NCBI GenBank assembly: GCA_017528045.1
Contig: JAFXPG010000014.1
Location: 2,252-66,251 of the forward strand
Direction of reading: 5' to 3'
DNA: 64,000 bases
Origin: Alphaproteobacteria bacterium
GTDB taxonomy: Bacteria > Pseudomonadota > Alphaproteobacteria > Rs-D84
In this document: positions 30,701-38,487 of the stretch, piece after piece
Position numbering within the stretch: position 1 is the stretch's first letter
Layout: every line of letters begins with the position of its first letter
Position numbers and translations under genes: made by a program
Notes under the pieces: generated by a model
Seen by the model: the letters and a program-made list of their open reading frames with translations, nothing else
The model's database searches: none
Told to the model about the DNA's origin: nothing

Positions 30701-32753
30701 ACATATATTCGATACACATGCATATTTGAATCGTGTTGGGATAAATAAAGTGACCCAGGGTAAATTATACAGATTGATTTCAGATAAAATTCAATCCCAA
30801 GAACATGTTTCTAAATTCTTGGCAAATGATAAAAATGTTGTTTTATCGGATGCTGATGCACAAAGTAAAGATTTATTAGGTCGTGGAATTGAAGAATTAT
30901 TAGACATTCTTGATAGATACGAAAATATATCTTTGTATTCTATTGAATTTTTAAATAGAAAATTAACACAAAAATCTATTGATGATTATCGTAAAAACTG
31001 TATTAGCTGTGTCAGTCATTCAAGTGATTTTAGTGTTATAAATCCGTCCGGTTTGGAAAATTTTTATCACACATTTTGGAGTTCAGGTTTGGAAGTTCGT
31101 GCGATTATTATGAATAAATTATTAAACCGTGCATTTAAAACTTTGGATGAAAAAATCAAATATGTATGCGATATGAATTTTGATAAAAATAACAAATATC
31201 GTAAAGATGCAGAAATAATTTGCGATTGTGTTATTAAATCTTTTGAACCATATGAACAAGATTTGATATTGGCTGCAATTGCTTCAGCAGATGAAAATAA
31301 ACAAGAAGGTCAATCTGCATCACGCAGTGTTGGTGAAGGATTGCGAATGTTCTTTGAAAACATGGGGCCTGCATGGGTAAAATTTGGTCAATTATTATCA
31401 TATGTTCCTGATTTACCATCGGAAATTCGTCGTGATTTGGCTAAATTAAAAGATCGTGCTGATATGCCAGCCAGATGGGATGTTTATACTTGGATGCATG
31501 AAGCAATGCCACAAGAATTATATAATCGCATAGAACGTGTAGAAGATATTGTCGGGGCAGGTTCTTTTTGGATGACAGCAATTGTTCAATTAAAAAATGA
31601 CAAAGGAAAAACTGAAAAGAAGGTTGTTCAATTATTGCGTCCTAATGCAGATGCCAGAGCAGATTCCGGATTTAAAACTATTGAGTTGGCTATAAAGAAA
31701 TTGGCTAAGCAAAATTCTTCTTATCAAATATTGCAAGAAGTTGCACGTCAAGCTCATAGCTCTGCTAAGTATGAAGTAGATGTAGAAATTGGTAATAAAC
31801 AATATGAAAAAGCTAAAGAATTATATGGTGATATAAATGTGAATATAGAAGGAACACAATATACACCACATGTTGCAGATTGGCGTTATTATGGAACAGG
31901 TAAAAACGGAATGTCATATAAAATTATGGATTATGCCGAAGGGGCAACTTTGTCCCGTGTTTATGCCAGTGACGATGAAAGAAGAAAAATGGCTTTGGCA
32001 TATTTTACAATTGAAATGGTTAATTTATTCAAAGGTGATGTTTGGGATATAGACAGACATCAAGGTCAACAGAATTTTGATGTTGTATCACCAACAAATG
32101 TAAATATAAATATTTATGATACTGGGGCACAATTACCCACAGCACCAGATAGAAAAAATAAAATTTTATTTGCTAATATTTTCTTTGATTTAATACAAGA
32201 AATTCAATCTGGAAAATCTATAGATTCGTATTTGTTAAAAATAATAAAACGTTTAGATAAATTACAAAATACTTTACACATAGATATTTCTTATGTTTCT
32301 AATATTCAAAAAGGTTTAATGGCATTGTCTGATATAATTGAATATCAAAAAGAAATAAAAGATGCAGATGGTAATATAATTCAAAAACGTTTAACGTTAT
32401 CTGCTGAAGATTTAAAGCATGCAATCGTAGCAGTTTTGCAAAACCCAAGTGTGGATCAACATATTGGTGTTGTAATTAAAGGAAGAGTAGTTGCTGCAAA
32501 ATTGAAACATATGGATATACAGGGGTTGAAAGATTTATTAAATAATCAATCTGTTGCCCAAGATAATCCCGTAGAAATAACGATTGCTGACAGAGAACAT
32601 GAATCTCAATCGTCTAAATTTAATAAAGTATCAGAAGAAATTGCCGCATTGGATAATCCTGATGATTATATTTTGGGAATTCCAAAAAAACATGTTGATC
32701 AGCGAAATAAAAAACAACCTTTGGTTTTTGATCCTTATCAAAAAGTTGTTTAA
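27789..32753 (+). CDS. Giant (1654 aa) cytoplasmic protein with an N-terminal M48-like zinc peptidase motif and a C-terminal UbiB/ABC1 atypical kinase domain
   Basis: GILAHELGHYTYH...ERFSDLHALDLMIAAGYNP (M48 pattern HExxH ... E..AD ... AGYdP). GPAWVKFGQLLSYVPDLPSEIRRDLAKLKDRADMP plus IVGAGSFWMTAIV...VVQLLRP (ABC1/UbiB pattern GP.fIKlGQ.lS.R.DllP). No signal peptide or TM seen. ATG at 27789 preferred over TTG at 27735. Confidence 0.8.
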   Translation: MPDFIPYSEKQQILPVEVWERERCLDLDCQTAKVATATMRAIVSRLLSIDKTGKCNVDDFEFIVFDNDQPNAEFVSDKKTLNHKNVIAITTGIQGLCKNEDELAGILAHELGHYTYHKIYGENNNTVFQERFSDLHALDLMIAAGYNPVAYSNVCETMRGHSSSSFFDVHGSSMARKEDVDAYLTKLHKEQGFFKVGASTGLWGDFSKIINSHTDVYKSYFRQLLENNFPEMSWNPFYQPSIKRIFDLILSEMKKGRFTNYQRVKDMVEYLEKEAPAKLEIKSTQTFLEQVVDFCIQNPSFGMMLPIDDLCRALKSKFRGDKPFEVFPPIDQEFAKIDEFKTTRDPVRAEELARYLMNSHDKIFSIYSLTAFFNKQTQFKMPLRAIAKGHTMPTDWLYSVYNESVRRHERSVIVDLIQAIGFDCEYEWITDKTKGFYADEYSGKILATGKKEVEKVKAQRQRQNEYQNKHESFGDFMCAINLLYEFNQGNISAGDVVNRLEQHGKEPGRRVLYDMDSFVYWLDSSVKLIDYKHENTFLKSEIQELNNSKAFAEIYIKPFLAIIRTALQQVAPKLASQIQLDKPPHDKTLLEYLQYVFVKFVNLKRDFRASSVLEEKVSDALYSVSKKMGYQDDGDYYMTWNVELGPVVRIVTDVYMEKLHSLIMNFVNAAIKEKVYSESSAARILLSQLDKSNRSGDWHDISENEIINVIQNILKQQVIPQLQSDIVENTYMHLSKGQWLSSNLTEELDEEIKQKTDLHKIQRLLYVCDMLPNNEQELLEILYRPTPQLKRDGYSLMEVNLKQYLLTYYIRKKMPITNLYSLLIAIKSDKVVNLSDNFIEEFSDYIDSNGLMPTDFKGLYDLHAVMQKLNIFSKEKFGYAKMLDLLISHIEKMPQPLCEIYSWNLLSGFYYGDDSALRYLNRNSTDIGSTVARQKLIEIYSDAVAQRLGRDDSTPAYFAKIQELTEFINQKHIFDTHAYLNRVGINKVTQGKLYRLISDKIQSQEHVSKFLANDKNVVLSDADAQSKDLLGRGIEELLDILDRYENISLYSIEFLNRKLTQKSIDDYRKNCISCVSHSSDFSVINPSGLENFYHTFWSSGLEVRAIIMNKLLNRAFKTLDEKIKYVCDMNFDKNNKYRKDAEIICDCVIKSFEPYEQDLILAAIASADENKQEGQSASRSVGEGLRMFFENMGPAWVKFGQLLSYVPDLPSEIRRDLAKLKDRADMPARWDVYTWMHEAMPQELYNRIERVEDIVGAGSFWMTAIVQLKNDKGKTEKKVVQLLRPNADARADSGFKTIELAIKKLAKQNSSYQILQEVARQAHSSAKYEVDVEIGNKQYEKAKELYGDINVNIEGTQYTPHVADWRYYGTGKNGMSYKIMDYAEGATLSRVYASDDERRKMALAYFTIEMVNLFKGDVWDIDRHQGQQNFDVVSPTNVNINIYDTGAQLPTAPDRKNKILFANIFFDLIQEIQSGKSIDSYLLKIIKRLDKLQNTLHIDISYVSNIQKGLMALSDIIEYQKEIKDADGNIIQKRLTLSAEDLKHAIVAVLQNPSVDQHIGVVIKGRVVAAKLKHMDIQGLKDLLNNQSVAQDNPVEITIADREHESQSSKFNKVSEEIAALDNPDDYILGIPKKHVDQRNKKQPLVFDPYQKVV

Positions 32754-32841
32754 TTGAAATATAGTTTATTTAATATAAAAAATCATTGACAAAAACTTAT
32801 GTTGTGCTATTTTTTTTGTAAATTTAAATAAGGGGCTTTTT

Positions 32842-34236
32842 ATGAAACTAAATTTCAAAAAAATGTATTCATTACGTGCAAAAGTTTTTATGTTGGCTGG
32901 TTTTTTAACTGGGATGACGGCGTGTAAAGATGTTAACGAACCAGAAATGAAATCAGGTACACAACAAACTATATCATCTCATTATATTATGAATAATGAA
33001 AATAATGAATCTCAAGATAAGTTTATGAAACATTTATCTGATATAAATAATTCAAAATTTTATATTACACCTGATGCTTACTTTAGACCAGAAATTGGTG
33101 TTTCTGGAAATGTTGCTGGTGTTTATTTCAAAGAATATTCTGAAGATAATGACAATGTTAATGAATCATTATATTGGCCTTCTAATTCCGAAGAATATAT
33201 GGAACGTATTTATAATCCAACAGATACGGTGGCTTTATTCAAAGATAATAAATGGAATTTTTATGTTGGTGGATGTTTTGCAGATCCAGGGGAAGATTGG
33301 AAAATTCGCAATGTTCCAAATTCTGTTTATCAAAATACGTTTTTAAATATGAGCGACAGCGCATTAGCGTTATTGGCAAAGAATCATTTACAATCAGTTA
33401 ATGCTGATCCTGGGCATGTACAACATATTTATCAAGCTATAATAGATGGGTATGGTGTTTGGAGTGCTTGTGGTGATTCTTTAGGAATGTCATCATTGGG
33501 TGCTAAAATTGGTTTGAAACATTCTGATATTGGTTTGTGTGAAGGCACAGAACCTGTGAAAGGAGATTCTACAAAACATGAAATGTTTCCATATTGTGGT
33601 GGTGTAGAACATAAGCGTTTGAATGCATCTTCTGCATCAACTAGGTTCAAAGGAATGGCTCATGTATCTGTTATGCCAACAGAAAAGTCTTTGCATAGTC
33701 CTTCTTATGGTGGAATTACAGGTATAGGATTACAAAAATTTTCAACAGATTCTGCTGGTGCTACTTTTTCTCATGGTTCAGTATCAGACACTTTGTTGAT
33801 GCCTTTTAATAACTGGTATACTGTAAAAGTAATTATGAATCATAATACAAAACAAATAGAATTTTATGCTGAAAATTATCAATCTTCTTTACCAGAAAAT
33901 GTATGGGGATTGTATAATAATACACAAAATAACGTATATACTGTATCTCATTCAAATTTAATACCAGAAATAAATTGGCTTTATACAGAACAAAATACAG
34001 GTATAAATCAATCAATAATGATGTCTATGCCGGATTATTATGGCGAAGAAGAACATATTGCTACTGGGTTAGAAAATGTTTATTGTGCACCAGCTCGTAG
34101 AAGTGCGGCATCTGGTGATGCAGTAGAACCAAATGAAGTTGTTCTTCAAGGTTTTATTAACGAATCTTGTACAGAAAATCAATCAATAAGAGGTATGGAA
34201 ATAGGTTTCGTTTTTGGTGGGGTAAAACAAAGATAA
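32842..34236 (+). CDS. Lipoprotein, hypothetical; possible TbpB/fHbp-like surface-lipoprotein barrel at the C-terminus (tentative)
   Basis: Lipobox LTGMTAC. C-terminal ...GMEIGFVFGGVKQR* resembles the terminal strand of Neisseria-type surface lipoproteins (..VFGAKRQ). Confidence 0.65.
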   Translation: MKLNFKKMYSLRAKVFMLAGFLTGMTACKDVNEPEMKSGTQQTISSHYIMNNENNESQDKFMKHLSDINNSKFYITPDAYFRPEIGVSGNVAGVYFKEYSEDNDNVNESLYWPSNSEEYMERIYNPTDTVALFKDNKWNFYVGGCFADPGEDWKIRNVPNSVYQNTFLNMSDSALALLAKNHLQSVNADPGHVQHIYQAIIDGYGVWSACGDSLGMSSLGAKIGLKHSDIGLCEGTEPVKGDSTKHEMFPYCGGVEHKRLNASSASTRFKGMAHVSVMPTEKSLHSPSYGGITGIGLQKFSTDSAGATFSHGSVSDTLLMPFNNWYTVKVIMNHNTKQIEFYAENYQSSLPENVWGLYNNTQNNVYTVSHSNLIPEINWLYTEQNTGINQSIMMSMPDYYGEEEHIATGLENVYCAPARRSAASGDAVEPNEVVLQGFINESCTENQSIRGMEIGFVFGGVKQR

Positions 34237-34264
34237 TTATGTCAATAAACTGATTTTGAGATGT

Positions 34265-34297
34265 AAAAAAGACCTTGGTGCAAACAAGGTCTTTTTT
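34265..34297. terminator. Bidirectional rho-independent terminator
   Basis: aaaaaaGACCTTGgtgcaaaCAAGGTCtttttt. Confidence 0.75.
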
Positions 34298-34298
34298 G

Positions 34299-35240
34299 TT
34301 AAAAACCACGCATGGATTTTAATCGTTTAATACGATTTTCAACAGATGGGTGTGTTTCACCGATTCCTGCAAACATACGTTTCTTATCTAATGGGTTGGC
34401 AATACAAATATTTCCCATTAATTTACATTTATCTAAAGATTCAACCCTTGGATCAACACTGATTTTTTTCAAAGCAGAAATCAATGCAGCAGGATTTCTT
34501 GTTATGTGTGCAGATTCTGCATCTGCAGCATATTCACGTGTTCTGGATAAAGAAAAGTAAATAATTGGTGCAAATAACAAATTAAAAATTATCAAAGATA
34601 TCCATAAAATTAATATAACAGCATGTGCATTGTTTTGATCGTTGTCGTTACTTCTTCTTCCTGTGTCTGCATATATAAAACTTCTGGCAATTAAATCAGC
34701 CAACAATGTTAAAGCACCTAAGCATGTTATGATTATCACATCTAATCTGACATCACGATTTTTTATATGGCCCATTTCGTGTGCAATAACAGCTTCTAAT
34801 TCTAATGGTGTTAATTTGTTTATGATTCCGCTTGTTAAAGCAACAGATGCATTTTGTGGAGAAGTTCCAGTTGCAAAAGCGTTTAAACTGTTGTCGTTTA
34901 TAATGTATACTCGTGGTGTTGGCATACCAGCAGCCAAAGCAACGTTTTCAACGCATTTAAAAACTTTTTTGTTTTCTGTGCTTTTATCATTTAATTCATG
35001 TGCACCGGCAAAACCAAGCATCATGTCGCTGCCACAAGAATATGAAATAATAGTCCATATTAAACATATACACGCAATAATTGGGAAATATGTTGCTATT
35101 AAAATTAATGCTTCATTAACAGACATCAAAGCGCAAGATATACAAAATATTATTGTTCCCAACACGATTGGAAATAATAAAACCAACAATATAGTTTTTA
35201 TATTGTTGTGTTTTATATGTTGATAAACATCTTTGTTCAT
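34299..35240 (-). CDS. htpX: M48-family zinc metallopeptidase (HtpX-like)
   Basis: TM segments plus AVIAHEMGHIKNRD and EYAADAESA motifs. Confidence 0.85.
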   Translation of the reverse strand: MNKDVYQHIKHNNIKTILLVLLFPIVLGTIIFCISCALMSVNEALILIATYFPIIACICLIWTIISYSCGSDMMLGFAGAHELNDKSTENKKVFKCVENVALAAGMPTPRVYIINDNSLNAFATGTSPQNASVALTSGIINKLTPLELEAVIAHEMGHIKNRDVRLDVIIITCLGALTLLADLIARSFIYADTGRRSNDNDQNNAHAVILILWISLIIFNLLFAPIIYFSLSRTREYAADAESAHITRNPAALISALKKISVDPRVESLDKCKLMGNICIANPLDKKRMFAGIGETHPSVENRIKRLKSMRGF

Positions 35241-35251
35241 GAATTAAATCC

Positions 35252-35806
35252 TTAGAACTTTATTTTTGGTGTATGTTTTACAGCCTCGCGTTCTGATTCA
35301 TCTAATTCAAAATATTTTTCTTCTGTGAAATGAAACATGTTTGCAACAATGTTAGAAGGAAAAGATTTAACTTTGATATTCATGCTTTGAACAACTGTAT
35401 TGTAAAATTGTCGTGCTGCTTGAATTTTTGTTTCTGTATCGGACAATTCTTGTTGTAATTCTAAAAAGTTCGTGTTTGCTTTTAATTCAGGATAACTTTC
35501 TGATAAAGCAAACAAAGATTTTAGCGCACCAGATAAAGCGTTTTCTTCTGCGTTTTTACCTTCTACACCTTTTGCAGACATAGCTGCAGATCTGGCAGAA
35601 ACAACAGCAGACAAAGTTTCTCGTTCGTGTTTAGCATAACCTTTTACAACTTCTACCAAATTCGGAATTAAATCATATCTGCGTTTTAATTGAGTGTTGA
35701 CAGTTGCCCAGGCTTCTTTTATGTTTTGACGTCCTGCAACCAATGAGTTATAGGTTAAAATAAAAAACAAAACTAAACAAACTAATACGATTATAGCAAC
35801 TGTCAT
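35252..35806 (-). CDS. lemA: LemA family protein
   Basis: N-terminal TM, then YNSLV..RQ.I.EAW..V..QLKRRYDLIPNLVE.VKGYA.HE and YPELKAN.NF..LQ.EL are canonical LemA blocks. Confidence 0.9.
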   Translation of the reverse strand: MTVAIIVLVCLVLFFILTYNSLVAGRQNIKEAWATVNTQLKRRYDLIPNLVEVVKGYAKHERETLSAVVSARSAAMSAKGVEGKNAEENALSGALKSLFALSESYPELKANTNFLELQQELSDTETKIQAARQFYNTVVQSMNIKVKSFPSNIVANMFHFTEEKYFELDESEREAVKHTPKIKF

Positions 35807-35884
35807 GATAAATCCTTTTTGTTATATACACATGTGTATTATAGCAATACAATGTATATATTCACAAGAAAAAACGTTTTATAT

Positions 35885-36892
35885 TTATTCTATACCATTG
35901 ATACCTTTTTTACATAATTTTGCATAGATAGGTTTGTCTAAACCGTATGCCTTTATCAGGTTGCTTGGTTTCTGATTGCACCAGAGATCGTGATAGGAAA
36001 CTATGCCGTTTTTAATCGTTTTTATCAGACTACTGGGCAACTCGGCACGTCCGATGCACGAAGACAGGTAAACAAAGCATTCATCGTTGTCGGCTAAGTT
36101 TTCGCACGCAAGGATACGGGCATATACATTAAGGGTCAAATCTGCCTTGCTAGCGTCCTTTGTCCATGGACTGCCACCACCAATCGGACAGGCAGTAGAA
36201 TAAAAGTCACAGGCTAATTTACGTCCTGTAATACCACAGTCTGCGATAGAACCATGATATGTATAACGTCCGGTACCGTTTATGATGATGTGCGCTGGCT
36301 TTTCGCCTAGGACAGAAATCACAAAACCGGTCAAATCTTCATCGTGCAGCATTGGTATTGCCACAATAGCGGTTTCAATCTTGTCGTCGTTCAATGTGAT
36401 TTGTGTCTTGATATCTATGCCAAGATTATCGGATTGACGAGCCTTATCGTACAGGGCTTTGTTCAGCTTTCGGGCTAGGAATAGTTCCCTGTTTATCTTA
36501 CCTTCGCCTTGGCAGGCATAACCAACAAACACCCCTTGATCGCCCCAGCCGTCAGCAACAACCCCACGATTGATATCTGCCGATTGAATGCCAATTAAAT
36601 TGGTAACCTTTATTTGCGCTGGATTGATTGCAAGATCGCCCCATATTGATGCGTACCGGTCATCATAGCCGATTTCGGCAAGGGCGGCCTTAACATATGC
36701 GGTCAAATCACCGAGTGGGGCAGAGGTGGTAACTTCGCCACCAAGGACGACATTGTTGTCTTTTATCAAGACTTCAACGGCATATTTGACCTGTGGATCT
36801 TGTTCTATTAACCGATCCAAAATGTAACTGGAAATGTAATCGGCGACTTTATCTGGGTGTCCAAGCGACACCGCTTCTGCTGTTCTTTGCAT
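35885..36892 (-). CDS. metK: Divergent, short (335 aa) S-adenosylmethionine synthetase (MetK-family) protein; visibly GC-richer than its surroundings
   Basis: GHPDKVADYIS, GDQGVFVGYA, DCGITGRK and GGGS.W.KDASKAD match the MetK motifs GHPDK.AD, GDQG.MFGYA, D.GLTGRK and GGGAFSGKD.SKVDRS. About 50 aa shorter than E. coli MetK. Confidence 0.8.
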   Translation of the reverse strand: MQRTAEAVSLGHPDKVADYISSYILDRLIEQDPQVKYAVEVLIKDNNVVLGGEVTTSAPLGDLTAYVKAALAEIGYDDRYASIWGDLAINPAQIKVTNLIGIQSADINRGVVADGWGDQGVFVGYACQGEGKINRELFLARKLNKALYDKARQSDNLGIDIKTQITLNDDKIETAIVAIPMLHDEDLTGFVISVLGEKPAHIIINGTGRYTYHGSIADCGITGRKLACDFYSTACPIGGGSPWTKDASKADLTLNVYARILACENLADNDECFVYLSSCIGRAELPSSLIKTIKNGIVSYHDLWCNQKPSNLIKAYGLDKPIYAKLCKKGINGIE

Positions 36893-37066
36893 AATTCACT
36901 CCTTTGGTTTTTGCAGTAAGAACCAAAGGTGGATTCATGTAGCTACCAACACAGGCAGAATTGCACTGTGCAAAATGCGGCATAAAGTATAGGAAAATTT
37001 GCATATAACAACTCCTTGTTTAGTCCATTTAAAGGTAGGACAAGTCAGGTTAAATCCACCTTGATT
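36893..37066 (-). promoter_or_regulatory. Structured ~170-nt 5' leader of the MetK-like gene (candidate riboswitch or translational attenuator)
   Basis: A 10-bp long-range helix pairs AAGGTGGATT (37053-37062 on the plus strand as aatccacctt) with 36926-36935. A local hairpin CCTTTGGTT-N11-AACCAAAGG (36901-36929) has a 3' arm that contains the AAAGGAG ribosome-binding site. Confidence 0.4.
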
Positions 37067-37072
37067 AAGAAT

Positions 37073-37101
37073 AGTATAACAAACCTCGATAAAAAAATCA
37101 A
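37073..37101 (-). promoter_or_regulatory. Sigma70-type promoter for the MetK-like gene
   Basis: Minus strand TTGATT (37096-37101), 17-nt spacer, TATACT (37073-37078). Confidence 0.5.
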
Positions 37102-37211
37102 TACATAATGGGCCGTTTGAGACAGAAGTGGTATGCAAATATGTACAAATTTGGTTGGTTCTGGTTGTATGTAATGTAGTTTGTGGCAATTTTGCAACAA
37201 AAACAGACATT

Positions 37212-37235
37212 AAAAAATCCGCAGAAATCTGCGGA
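37212..37235 (-). terminator. Rho-independent terminator immediately 3' of tRNA-Asn
   Basis: Minus strand TCCGCAGatttCTGCGGAtttttt. Confidence 0.7.
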
Positions 37236-37240
37236 AATCT

Positions 37241-37316
37241 TGGCTCGGGCAACTGGACTCGAACCAGTGACATACGGATTAACAGTCCGTTGTTCTACCG
37301 ACTGAACTATGCCCGA
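37241..37316 (-). tRNA. tRNA-Asn (anticodon GUU)
   Basis: Minus strand reads TCGGGCATAGTTCAGTCGGTAGAACAACGGACTGTTAATCCGTATGTCACTGGTTCGAGTCCAGTTGCCCGAGCCA. All four stems pair, the loop is CTGTTAA, and CCA is encoded. Confidence 0.92.
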
Positions 37317-37321
37317 ATAAC
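37279..37321. repeat. Left copy of a 43-bp exact direct repeat (tRNA-Asn nt 1-38 plus 5 bp upstream); att-like
   Basis: ttaacagtccgttgttctaccgactgaactatgcccgaataac is identical at 43058-43100. Confidence 0.9.
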
Positions 37322-37330
37322 AGGGCATAT

Positions 37331-37357
37331 AGTATACCTGTTAGTCGCAGAAGTCAA
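37331..37357 (-). promoter_or_regulatory. Island-borne promoter reading into the intact tRNA-Asn
   Basis: Minus strand TTGACT (37352-37357), 15-nt spacer, TATACT (37331-36); alternatively a 17-nt spacer to TACTAT. Confidence 0.45.
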
Positions 37358-37430
37358 GCATTTTATGAGATTTACGAGAAGAAATTCTGGGTGCCTTGAA
37401 AACCGTGGTTTTGACGAGTTTTGTGTCTTT

Positions 37431-37556
37431 GTGTAAACCACGTGTAAAACGTAAATTTTTATACCAAATAACAACGGGAAGTTTTAGGAATTTTACTAAA
37501 AAACTCTACTTATAGGCGATTTTTTACTTCGTGTAACCCTCGTGTAAAACGTAAAA
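37431..37556 (+). repeat. Left-arm iterons: two pairs of GTGTAA(A/C)N units spaced 11 bp, with the pairs exactly 100 bp apart
   Basis: gtgtaaaccacgtgtaaaacgtaaa (37431-37455) and gtgtaaccctcgtgtaaaacgtaaaa (37531-37556). The first 22 bp recur exactly at 42908-42929. Confidence 0.75.
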
Positions 37557-37560
37557 ATTA

Positions 37561-37620
37561 AGACAAAAATATTTGACCATTTAACCTTAAACATCGTTCC
37601 ATATATGGTTTTACTCTACT
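37561..37620. repeat. Left member of an imperfect ~55-bp inverted repeat (partner at 42941-43000)
   Basis: ATTTGACC (37571-78) and CCATATATGGTTT (37599-611), 28 bp apart. The reverse complement of 42941-43000 carries ATTTGACC and CAATATATGGTTT with the same 28-bp spacing. Confidence 0.65.
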
Positions 37621-38050
37621 TTTTGGGGTGCTTTTGGACTAATTTTTCAATTTGTATCAATGTTGGAAAATTTTTAGTCCGTTGTTCTCTGGACGAAAAT
37701 TAAAGGGAGAAAAATATCGTTTTTAGCAGATTTGCTAGTTTGTATTCAATTTGTAGTAGAAAATAATACGAACAGAAACAAAAAAGTTATTCCGTTGTTC
37801 TAATAAAAAGCAAAAAATAGGGGTTTTGTTGGATTAGGTACAAGGTGTTTTAATTTATGTTTTGTGCAAATATTATATTTTATGCTTTTGTATGCCAATG
37901 TATAAAAAATGCAAAAGACATACGAACTAACCGAGAGTTGTCGTTTTAAGCAAAATCACAATTGAAATCAATAATGATGTCATATTTGATTTGTATTGAA
38001 AAAATTCTGTATTAGGATGTAAAATACATAATAAACAAAAGGATTAAAAA

Positions 38051-38425
38051 ATGAAAAAGATATGGTTTTTTATACTTGGAATCGTTACAGGCATTATTTT
38101 AACAATATTATTTGCTGTTATTGTATCTAGCTCTTCAAATGGTGGACGTTCTGGGTTGAACATGTTTGAGCAACCAGGAGATTGTTTGATCAGCAAATCA
38201 AGTTTAAAAGTTTTTCAAGTTTTGGAGCCAACGGCTGCTTTGGCAATGATAAAAGATGATTTTTCATCGGGTGCATATTTGTTAGTCAATCAAGATGGTA
38301 AAACATATTATGATGATCAGGTTATTAAATTGCCATCGGGAAAATGTTTTAAACAAATCGGGACATATCAGTATCCAACAAAAGATGATAGATTAAAAAC
38401 AGTTCCTGTCGTTCAGATAATGTAA
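38051..38425 (+). CDS. Small membrane-anchored hypothetical protein
   Basis: 124 aa with one N-terminal TM segment (IWFFILGIVTGIILTILFAVIV). A terminator follows. Confidence 0.6.
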   Translation: MKKIWFFILGIVTGIILTILFAVIVSSSSNGGRSGLNMFEQPGDCLISKSSLKVFQVLEPTAALAMIKDDFSSGAYLLVNQDGKTYYDDQVIKLPSGKCFKQIGTYQYPTKDDRLKTVPVVQIM

Positions 38426-38434
38426 GAATTAAAA

Positions 38435-38456
38435 CTCGCCAATTTGGCGAGTTTTT
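38435..38456 (+). terminator. Rho-independent terminator
   Basis: CTCGCCaatttGGCGAGttttt. Confidence 0.7.
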
Positions 38457-38487
38457 AATATTTGCATCTATTTGATTATTTAAATAT

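Noticed and set aside
36935-37436. Three ORF-track entries (36935-37273 minus, 37098-37328 minus, 37128-37436 plus)
   Set aside because: They run through tRNA-Asn, its terminator and promoter, and the MetK-like leader. Their sequences are low complexity, they have no RBS, and they are mutually overlapping. They are spurious.
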